Source: a virus
Virus record (IMG/VR): IMGVR_UViG_3300024239_000013
Coordinates: 33,142 to 97,141 of that record
DNA length: 64,000 nucleotides
Reading direction: 5' to 3' (one strand)
The notes beneath the pieces were generated by a model that saw nothing but the letters and a program-made list of their open reading frames with translations, made no database searches and was not told the DNA's origin. Each line of letters starts with the position of its first letter. Within the stretch, counting starts at the first letter, position 1. Shown here in pieces: positions 1 to 9,842 of the stretch. The position numbers and the translations under genes were made by a program.

Positions 1-146
1 GTAGAATAATCCTTTGTTTGTCCTCTAGATTAATCTTACTTGAATCCAATTCTTTCTTAGCAGCCATAACTTGTAAATAAACTCCTCTTGCTAGTTTTTC
101 AACCTCCTTTCTGTAGGTGACTAGTAGTTCGCTTGTCTTAGCATCC
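1..146 (-). CDS. hypothetical protein, C-terminally truncated by window start (MDAKTSELLVTYRKEVEKLARGVYLQVMAAKKELDSS...)
   Basis: Hand translation of the reverse complement; ATG at 144-146; ORF stays open to position 1. Confidence 0.3.
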
Positions 147-174
147 ATGCTTAATTCTATAATATTTTTTTTTA

Positions 175-339
175 TTAGTGTTTTAATTTCCCGTTCGATA
201 GTTTGATAACACATTTCCAACACGTAACTGCTGTTGCTTGGTAATCAACCTTATCAACTGGTTCCCCACATAGTTTACAATTTAATCTCTTAAATGTTTT
301 TTGAATTCTGGATTTAATTTTATCCTTTAATTTAGCCAT
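175..339 (-). CDS. small zinc-ribbon protein (CKLCGEP...CWKC), 54 aa
   Basis: Hand-translated ORF below the track cutoff; two CxxC pairs. Confidence 0.3.
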   Translation of the reverse strand: MAKLKDKIKSRIQKTFKRLNCKLCGEPVDKVDYQATAVTCWKCVIKLSNGKLKH

Positions 340-341
340 GA

Positions 342-656
342 TTAGTATCCCATTTCAATTTTAACTGAAGGATCCGGTTTTATCTCGTGTCCGGGAATGT
401 TTCTTTTAACATAATCTGCTAGGAATTGACATCTCTCATACTCCTCATTGATTATGAAAAGACTTGTCATTCTATCTATAGCCTTACATACTGAATCCAG
501 ATCAACATCAACTATTGCTGAATCTCCTTTCGATACCAACATATCGTAAGCCATATAACATCCATCAACAAACTCTTTTCTTGATATCTCTTTTAGCTTC
601 TCCTGAATTTCTTTTGAGTGTGCTTCAAACTCTTCGTCGTCAAAGTCTTCGTGCAT
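342..656 (-). CDS. hypothetical acidic protein
   Basis: Intact 104-aa ORF tightly packed with neighbours. Confidence 0.5.
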   Translation of the reverse strand: MHEDFDDEEFEAHSKEIQEKLKEISRKEFVDGCYMAYDMLVSKGDSAIVDVDLDSVCKAIDRMTSLFIINEEYERCQFLADYVKRNIPGHEIKPDPSVKIEMGY

Positions 657-660
657 AACG

Positions 661-882
661 TTATTCTATTATATGTGCTGTTTTACTTAATCCTGTTTCT
701 TTAACCTCTCTGTATAAAGTACTGCCTTCTGAAATGATTTCCATTTCTCCCTCAAATTCGCTACTGGTGTCTCTTCTGATTTTCTCCCTAATGATAACAC
801 CGCCGGCGAGATATACCTTGTTCTGTATATCGTAATGCTTAGCCTTGTTATCCGTGGTACATATAAATTTTACCGCTGCCAT
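661..882 (-). CDS. hypothetical protein
   Basis: 73-aa ORF, same strand and spacing as neighbours. Confidence 0.4.
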   Translation of the reverse strand: MAAVKFICTTDNKAKHYDIQNKVYLAGGVIIREKIRRDTSSEFEGEMEIISEGSTLYREVKETGLSKTAHIIE

Positions 883-1191
883 TTTTATGGTTTTATTTTA
901 GATTTATATATTATAGTGAAAATCCAGACAAAGATTTCAGACAAATTGGTGGTAGGCTTTACTTCATATTAAGCTTTCACCCCGGGAGTTTTTCTTTTTT
1001 CATCCAGCCAATTTTTAAACATGGCTCTTTCCTCCTCGTTCATTTCATTGTGGAATTTTTCAAATTCTCCAGCTGCTTCCTTAAAATCTTGAATCAATTG
1101 TTCAATGCTTCTTGTTGTTCTCATAATCTTTTATTTTAAATTGTTAAATGTATTAATATTCTTTTTTTCCTTCCTTTCCTTCCCTTAATTA

Positions 1192-1824
1192 CTATACATA
1201 CTCGTATTTTTTTTCAGCGGTCCCATTGTACTTAAGCCCATTCTCATAGAATTCCATTTCGTTCTCAGAGATTCTAATTTCCATTTCAGCATCTGAAAAA
1301 TAATCACTATAAGATCTTTCTATTCTGTTTTTTATTTCTTCTACGTGGGTTTTGAATTTTTCCTCTGCGTTTTTAACTAGGACTTTAACGTAGTTGTACC
1401 TTGGATCAGATTCTAAAAATTCATTATCAATTGTAAGTGTCGTTGAAGTATAATGGCTTTCATGAAAACTAAAGCTAATGTACTTCTGGTATTTTTTCGG
1501 AAAGCCAAGCCATTCGAGAAACATTTCTTCGTTGGTTATCTCTAGGGCTTCCTTAATATTAATTGTTCCAAATTCTCCTTCATACTCCAGTCCCTTTCTG
1601 TGGTTTTTGAAAACGAAATTGTCATGGTTCTTTTCATAATAATCCTCTCCGAATAACTCCGCCATTTCTTTGTGTTGGGGTTCGAATAATGCGCAGTCAT
1701 CAATTGCCCAGTCATAAGCCTCGTCGGAATTTGTGTGCTTTAGTCTTTCCCTCATTTTTTCGATAGCAACTTTTTTTGCTTCTTCTGAAAGTTCGTTGAA
1801 TTGGTAAATGTTTATTGTTCTCAT
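1192..1824 (-). CDS. hypothetical protein with capsid-targeting-like N-terminus (MRTINIYQFNELSEE)
   Basis: 210-aa ORF; N-terminal I-Y-Q-F-N-E resembles T4 targeting sequence Y-Q-E-F-I-A-E. Confidence 0.5.
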   Translation of the reverse strand: MRTINIYQFNELSEEAKKVAIEKMRERLKHTNSDEAYDWAIDDCALFEPQHKEMAELFGEDYYEKNHDNFVFKNHRKGLEYEGEFGTINIKEALEITNEEMFLEWLGFPKKYQKYISFSFHESHYTSTTLTIDNEFLESDPRYNYVKVLVKNAEEKFKTHVEEIKNRIERSYSDYFSDAEMEIRISENEMEFYENGLKYNGTAEKKYEYV

Positions 1825-1908
1825 TGTTGTCCTATTTTTGATGAGGTAAAATTACAAAATCTTATTTAGATAAAAAAATAATTTACAAATTTTTTTAAGA
1901 AAAATAAT

Positions 1909-2388
1909 TTAATCTCGAATATTTTCCAACCTCACACTTTCGTTGATTCTTGTATTCAGCTCTCCAACCTTTAAATTAATCCAGTTGTCAACCCTGGCAG
2001 TTATTTCATTTTTAACCAATTCCAGGTCTATATCCACTTTCACATCAAACCCAAAGGAGATTTCAATGTTTTCCGAAAATATCCATGTTTTATTACTATT
2101 CGGTTTGTAGTTCAATTTTTCAGGTTCGTCAAAGTATTCTATGTAGATTGCGGTTTTCTCTGCCACTTGGTCGAGTATACTCATACCCAAAGAATTTTTC
2201 AAAAAAGCTTTTATTGTTTCAGTTCTACTTATCTCTGCGAGAAACTTGCACACAAAAAGCTTATCCCTCGACAACTTTTCGGAAGGGAATAAAAATGAAT
2301 ATCTAACATCAATTTCGACATTCTCTAAACCAAGAGATTCCACCTCGGAAATGAATTCTTCTATCAATCTATCTAACATTTTACACAC
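1909..2388 (-). CDS. hypothetical protein
   Basis: 159-aa ORF. Confidence 0.5.
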   Translation of the reverse strand: MCKMLDRLIEEFISEVESLGLENVEIDVRYSFLFPSEKLSRDKLFVCKFLAEISRTETIKAFLKNSLGMSILDQVAEKTAIYIEYFDEPEKLNYKPNSNKTWIFSENIEISFGFDVKVDIDLELVKNEITARVDNWINLKVGELNTRINESVRLENIRD

Positions 2389-2468
2389 ATATGAGACTAT
2401 TATAAACGTGGGTTAAAAAAATGCAATTTCCCAAAAAGCATTTGTGTCTAATGGGTAACACCTCGGAT

Positions 2469-2735
2469 CTATTGCTGTTCCTTGTCCTTAGCCTTTTTAC
2501 CGGACTCATTTCTTCCCTTTCTCTTAGCAGCTTCTGGATCGGGTCTAGTGACGTACAACGAAACCCCTGCAACAACGCAGGTTAGGATCAATAGCATTGG
2601 CTTCATGAATCCAGGCCACTCCACAGGATTAAAAGAATCCAATAAGAAACTGAGGTTGATATAAACCAGTAATAATGATATAAGGAAAACCTTTCCCTGA
2701 TACTCGAACGAATTGTTGTTTTTTTGATCAGCCAT
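2469..2735 (-). CDS. small membrane protein (one or two hydrophobic helices)
   Basis: 88 aa; hydrophobic stretches FLISLLLVYINLSFLL and MLLILTCVVAGVSLYV. Confidence 0.45.
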   Translation of the reverse strand: MADQKNNNSFEYQGKVFLISLLLVYINLSFLLDSFNPVEWPGFMKPMLLILTCVVAGVSLYVTRPDPEAAKRKGRNESGKKAKDKEQQ

Positions 2736-3019
2736 CTTCTATTCTATTTTATTATATTATATTTTTTTTATACAAATATAGAAAATCTTTGCGGAATAAA
2801 AAAATTAAATTGGGTTCTAAGAGTTTTTTTTAAACGCCCGGCCACATAGTATATTAGCACCTTACTATGTTTTTTTTTGCTGAATCATTTTTTTCCTTCG
2901 AGAAAATTTCATAAATTTACATTGGGGAATTGTGGTCAAAAAAATACACCGAGAAAATATTCCGCGGTGTAAAATAAAGAATAGGTTGTTTATTATTTAA
3001 GTTTATCTTATATTACGTA

Positions 3020-3850
3020 TTAGGGAGTGTAGTTGTCTAGGAAGTGAATAGCCCTTCTCGCCGAATTCCTATTAAATGTTTCTCTGCTCTTAGTGTGTTT
3101 TCTGTAGTATTCACCTCTTCCGAATTCTCTATCGTAGTCATATCCAGGAGAGAGGTAGGATTCCAATTCATCTATGAGTTCGCTCACTATTTCCTTAGTA
3201 TCTATGGGAGCGAGGTCTGTTTCTAGATCCAGCCAGTCCTGAGATGACTTAGGAACCAAAGGATCATTTAGTAGATCTGTGGCGTAGTTGATTGCAGAGT
3301 CTGCGTCGTTTTGTAGTTCGATCTCGGAGCTCGGGTAGGTTAGCTGTAAAGCATATTCCTCCGGGAGGTCCAGTGTTCTAACCACCCACTTATCAGCTTT
3401 GAGCTTATCCTGAGGTCTCTTAGGTGTAAGGATAGTGAATAGTGGGATCCCAATGAAAAGCTCGAACAACTGCTCGTCATCATCGTAGTCTATTTCTCTG
3501 TATAGATCGGGTTCGCCGTCGTAATAGCTTTCCTTCAGACCTTCACCCTCACCTTTATCCTTACTCATCTCCTTATAAAGAGAAAGAGCCGAGGGTTCGT
3601 CAACCAACCCAGCCTTTACGAGTTTGGTGTAGTATGCAGGATCTTCCCATAGGTGATCCAATGCTATCTCTTCTGCAATCCCTTTGTTGTCGGCGTGTTC
3701 AGATTCTACTGCCACCCCGAGTTCCAGTTGCTTATTTTTTAGACTAAGTAGCGTGGCTTCATCTGAGATGCCATGTCTTTTGGCTACCGCGGGTAGGGTT
3801 GGGGGTTTGGAGGCTCCGCCCTGTAAGAACGATTCGAACTTTTGTATCAT
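3020..3850 (-). CDS. hypothetical acidic protein
   Basis: 276-aa ORF; no recognisable motif. Confidence 0.55.
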   Translation of the reverse strand: MIQKFESFLQGGASKPPTLPAVAKRHGISDEATLLSLKNKQLELGVAVESEHADNKGIAEEIALDHLWEDPAYYTKLVKAGLVDEPSALSLYKEMSKDKGEGEGLKESYYDGEPDLYREIDYDDDEQLFELFIGIPLFTILTPKRPQDKLKADKWVVRTLDLPEEYALQLTYPSSEIELQNDADSAINYATDLLNDPLVPKSSQDWLDLETDLAPIDTKEIVSELIDELESYLSPGYDYDREFGRGEYYRKHTKSRETFNRNSARRAIHFLDNYTP

Positions 3851-3919
3851 GTTATGTTAGGTTATGTTATATTGTATTGTTCCTTGTATATATTTACATG
3901 CGTGTTAAAGAGGATGAGA

Positions 3920-5000
3920 GTTAAGACTAAGACTAAGACTAAGACTAAGGTTTCTCTGGGGAATTTTGGGGAGAATCCCAGAGAGGGCCCGGCCTCCAAA
4001 TAGATAATAGATATAGTAAAGCTAAGTATACTAAGACTAAGACTAAGTATAAAGCTAAAGCTAAAGCTAATTAGACTAAGGCTAAGACTAAGACTAAGTA
4101 TAGACATAGGTATACTAAGAAGACATCCACTATCCAGACTAAGACTAAGACTTGTTCCGTTCCTAGTTCAGCTAAGAGAACTAATCTGAGTGGTGGGCTC
4201 GCGTGCCTCTTGTGGAACCCGGGGCGAGGCGAAGGGTAAAGGGGTACAGAGGGGGTAAACGGGGCGATTATCGGGGCGGGGAAATCGGGGCGAGATTCGG
4301 GGTCGGACTACGGGGGAAGAAACCAAGTTTTTTTCCAGTTTTTTCCAGTTTTTTCCACTTCGTTACACTCTGCCAACTTGGTGGGGAAACCCCGGGGGTA
4401 AACGGGGATTTCTTAGAATCTCCCAGAAACACCCTGGGTGGTGGGCTCGGCCCTAAAGAGGGGCTTCCACAAGGGCCCTTTTTACGAGAAAACCCCCGGT
4501 TGGATATGGATAAGTACCTGGATACTCTCTGGTTGGGTACGACTAAGTGATAGGGATACTCTCTGGTTGGATATGGATAAGTACCTGGATACTCTCTGGT
4601 TACGTAACGATTGGGGAATGTGTCTACGTCTCTCTATGTACTAATGACTGAAGCGTCTTGAATTCCTTACGCGGGTATGCGTCCATGTAGTAACTTACTA
4701 TCATACTATGTTTCTTTAGATAGTGTGGTTATTGTACTTAGTCTTAGTCTTTCTTATCTCTTCTCACTCTACTTGACTACTGAGAATTGGTTTGTTATGC
4801 TACGTAACTTATCTAGTAGTATAATGAGATAGATGTGGATATTATGCTTACTGTGCATCACCCTGGGTAGTCTTAGTCTTAGTCTTAGTCTACCACCTAC
4901 ATTTATGCTTAGCTTTATACTTAGTCTTAGTGACGGAAAATGTATGAGCTATTTGGAGGCCGGGCCCTCTAGGAGAAAGGAGCCCGAAATCCCCCTCGAG
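3920..5000. repeat. GC-rich, G-run-rich non-coding island. It is flanked by perfect 21-bp inverted repeats (AGAGGGCCCGGCCTCCAAATA at 3982-4002; its reverse complement at 4950-4970) and by (TAAGAC)n on the left, (GTCTTA)n on the right. Internal direct repeats: CCAGTTTTTT x3 at 4327-4358, a roughly 32-bp unit duplicated at 4503-4534 and 4570-4601, and ATCGGGGCG-like units at 4260-4310
   Basis: Read directly in the sequence; composition contrasts sharply with the AT-rich surroundings; ORFs inside are low-complexity. Confidence 0.8.
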
Positions 5001-5260
5001 CTCTCATTTCACCCAATTGCCTGATCCATGTTAACCGACATGATATAGAATGGATCTTTTTAAAGTAATATACAGAAAATAAAAGAAACCCATTAAAATT
5101 TTTGAGAATTTCAACTCAAATAAATCTGTTGATATGATCTTGATGGTTTCCCCGAGATCAAAGCGGGGGTGATCGAAAGGACTGGTATGGGATCTTCCTA
5201 GAATTGCAGCACTAAAAAGAATCGGAATGCTTTAATGTCGCATTCAGCATTTAATTAAAA

Positions 5261-5284
5261 GGCAGGTTGATTCCTGCTTTTTTT
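5261..5284 (+). terminator. rho-independent terminator-like hairpin (GCAGG-TTGATT-CCTGC followed by a T-run)
   Basis: Stem-loop plus T-run read in the sequence. Confidence 0.4.
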
Positions 5285-5526
5285 GCGCAGATTCCATAGG
5301 TCTGAGAGTTTTTATTCAAATTCATATATCACAATAAAACAATCAGTATGGTATTTATTATACGCATTCTTAAATGCAGCAAAGTGATTTACAGAAACTC
5401 GCTAAAAAAAGATCTCTATGTCTTTATCCTAACAAAAACCGGACAATGTTTTAGAGATATATAAAACAGAACAAAATAAAAGGTGAATTGTATAAAAAGG
5501 CGGACAATAAAAAAATCCCAAAAAAT

Positions 5527-6354
5527 ATGAGCATTAAGAATTATAAAACATTCATAAGTGAAAGTTCGGATGCAAGTACACTGACAACTGAACAAATAGA
5601 TTTCCTTGACAAGTATGTTATCGGTAAATGGCATATGAATGATGATGGATTTGTTGATGTTGATGGCGTGTTTGATTGTTCTAATAAAGGGATATCTGAT
5701 TTTAAAGGAATAAAGTTTGGTAATGTTGATAGACATTTTAATTGTGCTGATAACAAATTAACCTCATTAGAAGGCGGTCCAAAAGAGGTTGGTGGTAGTT
5801 TTTATTGTAGTCATAACAAAATAACCTCATTAGAATTTGGTCCGAAAGAAGTTGGTGGTCATTTTTATTGTAATCATAACAACATAACCTCATTAGAAGG
5901 TTGTCCAAAAGAGGTCGGCGGTAGTTTTAATTGTTCGTATAACAACTTAATCTCATTAGAATTTGGTCCAAAAGAGGTGAAAGGATATTTTAATTGCTCA
6001 GATAACAACTTAATCTCATTAGAAGGAGCTCCGAAAGAAGTTGACGGTAGTTTTAATTGCTCAGATAACAACTTAATCTCATTAGAAGGAGCTCCAATAG
6101 AAATTGGGCGGGAATTTTATTTGGATCATAACGAAGGTGCATCAGCAGAAACTCTAAAATCGATATACAGTAAAATGAAAGAAGCCAAATCTGATTATAA
6201 AACAGTTTTAAAATCTTTATGGAAAGGAATATCAATAGGAGATAAAATACTTTTATACACACCAGATCTGGATTGGGTTGAAGAAGATGAAGCGGCTAAA
6301 TTATATAACCTAAAGAAGTACAATAGCATAAAGAAAATGCTCTATTTCATATAA
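5527..6354 (+). CDS. targeting-sequence/LRR-like tandem family member 1 (putative capsid-internal, injected protein). Probable start at the internal Met (MSIKNYKTFISESS); the track ORF begins at 5488
   Basis: N-terminal Y-K-T-F-I-S-E-S motif; 22-aa F-x-C-S-x-N-x-L-T/I-S-L-E-G-x-P-K-E-V-G-G repeats; conserved C-terminal domain (KTVLKSLW...LYTPDLDWVEEDE...LKKYNSIKKM). Confidence 0.75.
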   Translation: MSIKNYKTFISESSDASTLTTEQIDFLDKYVIGKWHMNDDGFVDVDGVFDCSNKGISDFKGIKFGNVDRHFNCADNKLTSLEGGPKEVGGSFYCSHNKITSLEFGPKEVGGHFYCNHNNITSLEGCPKEVGGSFNCSYNNLISLEFGPKEVKGYFNCSDNNLISLEGAPKEVDGSFNCSDNNLISLEGAPIEIGREFYLDHNEGASAETLKSIYSKMKEAKSDYKTVLKSLWKGISIGDKILLYTPDLDWVEEDEAAKLYNLKKYNSIKKMLYFI

Positions 6355-6368
6355 TATAAAGAAGCATA

Positions 6369-7064
6369 ATGAAAAGAATCTCAAATTATAAAACATTCAT
6401 AAATGAAAGTACAGGTGCAAGTACATTGACTGCAGAACAGATCGATTTCCTTGATAGATGTGTTAGAGGAACGTGGAAGCTGAATGATGAAGAATTTGTT
6501 GATGTTGATGGGAATTTTGATTGTTTCAATAAAGGAATATCTGACTTTAAAGGAATAAAGTTTGGTAAGGTTAATGGAGATTTTGATTGTTCATATAATA
6601 ATTTAAGTTCTTTGGAAGGATGTCCAAAAGAAGTTGTTGGACATTTTGATTGCTCACATAACAAATTATCTTCATTAGAATTTGCTCCGGAAAGGGTGAG
6701 AAGTAGTTTTTATTGCTCACACAACAACTTAACCTCATTAGAATTTGCTCCGGAAAGGGTGAAAAATAGTTTTTATTGTCAGAATAACAGCTTAACCTCA
6801 TTAGATGGGGTTCCTAAAAAAGTTGGAGGATTTTTTTATTTTGATCATAATGAAGGGATTTCTTCAGAAACCTTAAAAATGATATCCATCCAAATGAAAG
6901 TAATCAAATCTGATTATAAAACAGTTTTAAAATCTTTATGGAGTGAAATACCAGTAGAAGACAAAGTACTTTTATATTCATCAGATCTAGATTGGGTTGA
7001 AGAAGATGAAGGATCTAAATTATCTAATCTAAAGAAGTATAAAAACATAAAGAAAATGATCTAA
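6369..7064 (+). CDS. targeting-sequence/LRR-like tandem family member 2
   Basis: Same N-terminal motif, repeats and C-terminal domain; conserved upstream junction ...TAATATAATATAAAGAAGCATAATG. Confidence 0.8.
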   Translation: MKRISNYKTFINESTGASTLTAEQIDFLDRCVRGTWKLNDEEFVDVDGNFDCFNKGISDFKGIKFGKVNGDFDCSYNNLSSLEGCPKEVVGHFDCSHNKLSSLEFAPERVRSSFYCSHNNLTSLEFAPERVKNSFYCQNNSLTSLDGVPKKVGGFFYFDHNEGISSETLKMISIQMKVIKSDYKTVLKSLWSEIPVEDKVLLYSSDLDWVEEDEGSKLSNLKKYKNIKKMI

Positions 7065-7080
7065 TATAATATAAAGCAAC

Positions 7081-7965
7081 ATGATGAAAAGAATCTCGAA
7101 TTATAAAACATTCATAAACGAAAGCTCGAGTGAAAATAAGCTGACTCAGAAACAACTTGATTTTCTTAACAACCACGTTAAGGGATATTGGAAGTTGAAT
7201 GCTGGAGTTGTTGATGTTGATGGCGATTTTGATTGTTTTAGTAAAGGGATATCAGACTTTAAAGGAATAGTGTTTGGAAAGGTTAGCGGAGATTTTGATT
7301 GCTCACGTAATAATTTAAGTTCTTTAAAAGGTGCTCCTAAAGAGGTTGGTGGACATTTTGATTGTTCACATAACAACTTAAAATCATTAGAAGGAGCTCC
7401 AAAACAGGTTAGTGGAGATTTTGATTGCTCACGTAATAATTTAAGTTCTTTGGAAGGTGCTCCTAAAGAGGTTGGTGGACATTTCCATTGTTCATACAAC
7501 AAATTAACATCATTAGAAGGTTGTCCTAAAGAAGTTGGTGGACATTTTTATTGTTATGTTAACAAATTAACCTCATTAGAATTTGGTCCTAAAGAAGTTG
7601 GTGGAGATTTCGATTGCTCTGACAACAAATTAACCTCATTAGAATTTGGTCCCGAAGAGGTTGGGAGAAGCTTTAATTGCTCAAATAACAAATTAACATC
7701 ATTAGAAGGAGCTCCTAAAGAAGTTGGTGGAGATTTACGATTTTCTCATAATGAGGGAATATCAACCAAAACGATAGGTCTTATATTTGACAAAATGAAA
7801 AAGTCCAAATTGGACTATTCTGATGCTTTAAAATCTTTATGGAAAGAAATACCAGTAGAAGACAAAGTACTTTTATATTCATCAGATCTAGATTGGATTG
7901 AAGAAGATGAAGCGTCTAAATTAGTTAAGTTAAAGAAGTATAATAGCATAAAGAAAATGATCTAA
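7081..7965 (+). CDS. targeting-sequence/LRR-like tandem family member 3
   Basis: Paralog architecture; MMKRISNYKTFINESS start. Confidence 0.8.
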   Translation: MMKRISNYKTFINESSSENKLTQKQLDFLNNHVKGYWKLNAGVVDVDGDFDCFSKGISDFKGIVFGKVSGDFDCSRNNLSSLKGAPKEVGGHFDCSHNNLKSLEGAPKQVSGDFDCSRNNLSSLEGAPKEVGGHFHCSYNKLTSLEGCPKEVGGHFYCYVNKLTSLEFGPKEVGGDFDCSDNKLTSLEFGPEEVGRSFNCSNNKLTSLEGAPKEVGGDLRFSHNEGISTKTIGLIFDKMKKSKLDYSDALKSLWKEIPVEDKVLLYSSDLDWIEEDEASKLVKLKKYNSIKKMI

Positions 7966-7984
7966 TATAATATAAAGAAGCATA

Positions 7985-8869
7985 ATGAAAAGAATCTCAA
8001 ATTATAAAACATTCATAAACGAAAGCTCGAGTGAAAGTACGCTAACACCTGAACAAATTAATTTCCTTAACAATTATGTTAAGGGATATTGGAAGTTGAA
8101 TGCTGATGGAGTTGTTGATGTAGATGGCCATTTTAGTTGTTTCAATAAAGGGTTATCAGACTTTAAAGGAATAGTGTTTGGAAAGGTTAATAGAGATTTT
8201 GATTGTTCAAACAACAACTTAACCTCATTAGAAGGCTGTCCAAAAAAAGTTGGGGGAGATTTTTTTTGTTATGTTAACAAATTAACCTCTTTAAAAGGAT
8301 CGCCAAAAGAGGTTGGTGGTAGTTTTATTTGTTCAGGTAATAACATAATCACATTGGAAGATGCACCTAAAAAAACCAGAAGAAGCTTTGATTGCTCACA
8401 TAATAAATTAACATCATTAGAATTCGGTCCAAAAGAGGTTGGAGGCAATTTTAACTGCTCGCATAATAAATTAACATCATTAGAAGGTGCTCCTGAAGAA
8501 GTTGGTGTGGATTTTTATTGTTATTATAACGAATTGAATAATCTAAAGGGTTCCTCGTATGTAGTTGGAAGAGATTTTAACTGCTCGGATAATAAATTAA
8601 CATCATTAGAAGGAGCTCCAAAAGAAATTGGAGATGATTTCATATTAGAAGATAATGAAGGTGTTTCTTCAGAAATCTTAAAAGAGATATTTAGAAAAAT
8701 GTTAGAATCCAAATTGGACTATAAAACAGTTTTAAAATCTTTATGGAAAGAAATCTCAATAGAAGATAAAATACTTTTATACACACCAGATCTAGACTGG
8801 GTTGAAGAAGATGAAGGGTCCAAATTAGTTAAGCTAAAGAAGTATAGCAACATAAAGAAAATGATCTAG
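7985..8869 (+). CDS. targeting-sequence/LRR-like tandem family member 4
   Basis: Paralog architecture. Confidence 0.8.
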   Translation: MKRISNYKTFINESSSESTLTPEQINFLNNYVKGYWKLNADGVVDVDGHFSCFNKGLSDFKGIVFGKVNRDFDCSNNNLTSLEGCPKKVGGDFFCYVNKLTSLKGSPKEVGGSFICSGNNIITLEDAPKKTRRSFDCSHNKLTSLEFGPKEVGGNFNCSHNKLTSLEGAPEEVGVDFYCYYNELNNLKGSSYVVGRDFNCSDNKLTSLEGAPKEIGDDFILEDNEGVSSEILKEIFRKMLESKLDYKTVLKSLWKEISIEDKILLYTPDLDWVEEDEGSKLVKLKKYSNIKKMI

Positions 8870-8883
8870 TATAAATCAGCATA

Positions 8884-9828
8884 ATGAAAAGAATAATAAA
8901 TTATAAAACATTCGTAAATGAAAGTTCAGGTGCAAGTACACTGACAACTGAACAAATAGATTTCCTTAACAGGTATGTTAGGGGGAAATGGAAGTTGAAT
9001 GCTGGAGTTGTTGATGTTGATGGCGATTTTGATTGTTTTAGTAAAGGGATATCAGACTTTAAAGGAATAGTGTTTGGAAAGGTTAGCGGAGATTTTGATT
9101 GCTCACGTAATAATTTAAGTTCTTTAAAAGGTGCTCCTAAAGAGGTTGGTGGACATTTTGATTGTTCACATAACAACTTAAAATCATTAGAAGATGCACC
9201 TAAAAAAACTGGACGTAGTTTTTATTGTTCGTATAATAAATTAACCTCATTAGAATTTGCTCCGGAAAGGGTGAGAAGTAGTTTTCATTGTCAGAATAAC
9301 AGCTTAACCTCATTAGAAGGAGCTCCTAAAGAAGTTGGAGGGTATTTCGATTGCTCAAGCAACAACTTAACCTCATTAGAAGGAGCTCCAAAAGAGATTG
9401 GGTATGATTTCGATTGCTCACACAACAACTTAACCACATTAGAAGGCTGTCCAAAAGAAATTGTTGAAGATTTCGATTGCTCACACAACAACTTAACCAC
9501 ATTGGAATTCTCTCCAGAGAAAGTTGGTGTTAATTTTTATTGCTTCAATAACAACTTAATTTCATTAAAAGGAGCTCCAAAAGAGATTGGATATGATTTC
9601 ATATTAAAAAATAATGAAGGAGCATCATCAGAAATCTTAAAAGAGATATTTAGAAAAATGTTAGAATCCAAATTGGACTACTCTGATGTTTTAAAATCCC
9701 TTTGGGATGAAATACCAATAAAAGATAAAATAGTTCTATATACCCCTGATCTAGACTGGGTTGAAGAAGATGAAGCGTCTAAATTATCTAAGTTAAAGAA
9801 GTATAGCAACATAAAGAAAATGATCTAG
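8884..9828 (+). CDS. targeting-sequence/LRR-like tandem family member 5
   Basis: Paralog architecture; 9 repeat units. Confidence 0.8.
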   Translation: MKRIINYKTFVNESSGASTLTTEQIDFLNRYVRGKWKLNAGVVDVDGDFDCFSKGISDFKGIVFGKVSGDFDCSRNNLSSLKGAPKEVGGHFDCSHNNLKSLEDAPKKTGRSFYCSYNKLTSLEFAPERVRSSFHCQNNSLTSLEGAPKEVGGYFDCSSNNLTSLEGAPKEIGYDFDCSHNNLTTLEGCPKEIVEDFDCSHNNLTTLEFSPEKVGVNFYCFNNNLISLKGAPKEIGYDFILKNNEGASSEILKEIFRKMLESKLDYSDVLKSLWDEIPIKDKIVLYTPDLDWVEEDEASKLSKLKKYSNIKKMI

Positions 9829-9842
9829 TATAAATCAGCATA

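Noticed and set aside
2085-3226. Short plus-strand ORFs (2085..2306, 2482..2664, 3044..3226) overlapping longer minus-strand genes
   Set aside because: They sit fully inside better-supported opposite-strand ORFs and have no distinctive features.
3862-5024. Track ORFs inside the GC-rich repeat island (3862..4107 on the minus strand; 4203..4550, 4438..4644 and 4833..5024 on the plus strand)
   Set aside because: Translations are low-complexity (SLSLSLS..., RGGKRGDYRGG...), driven by hexamer microsatellites and G-runs. No start context or codon structure is visible. Treated as non-coding.
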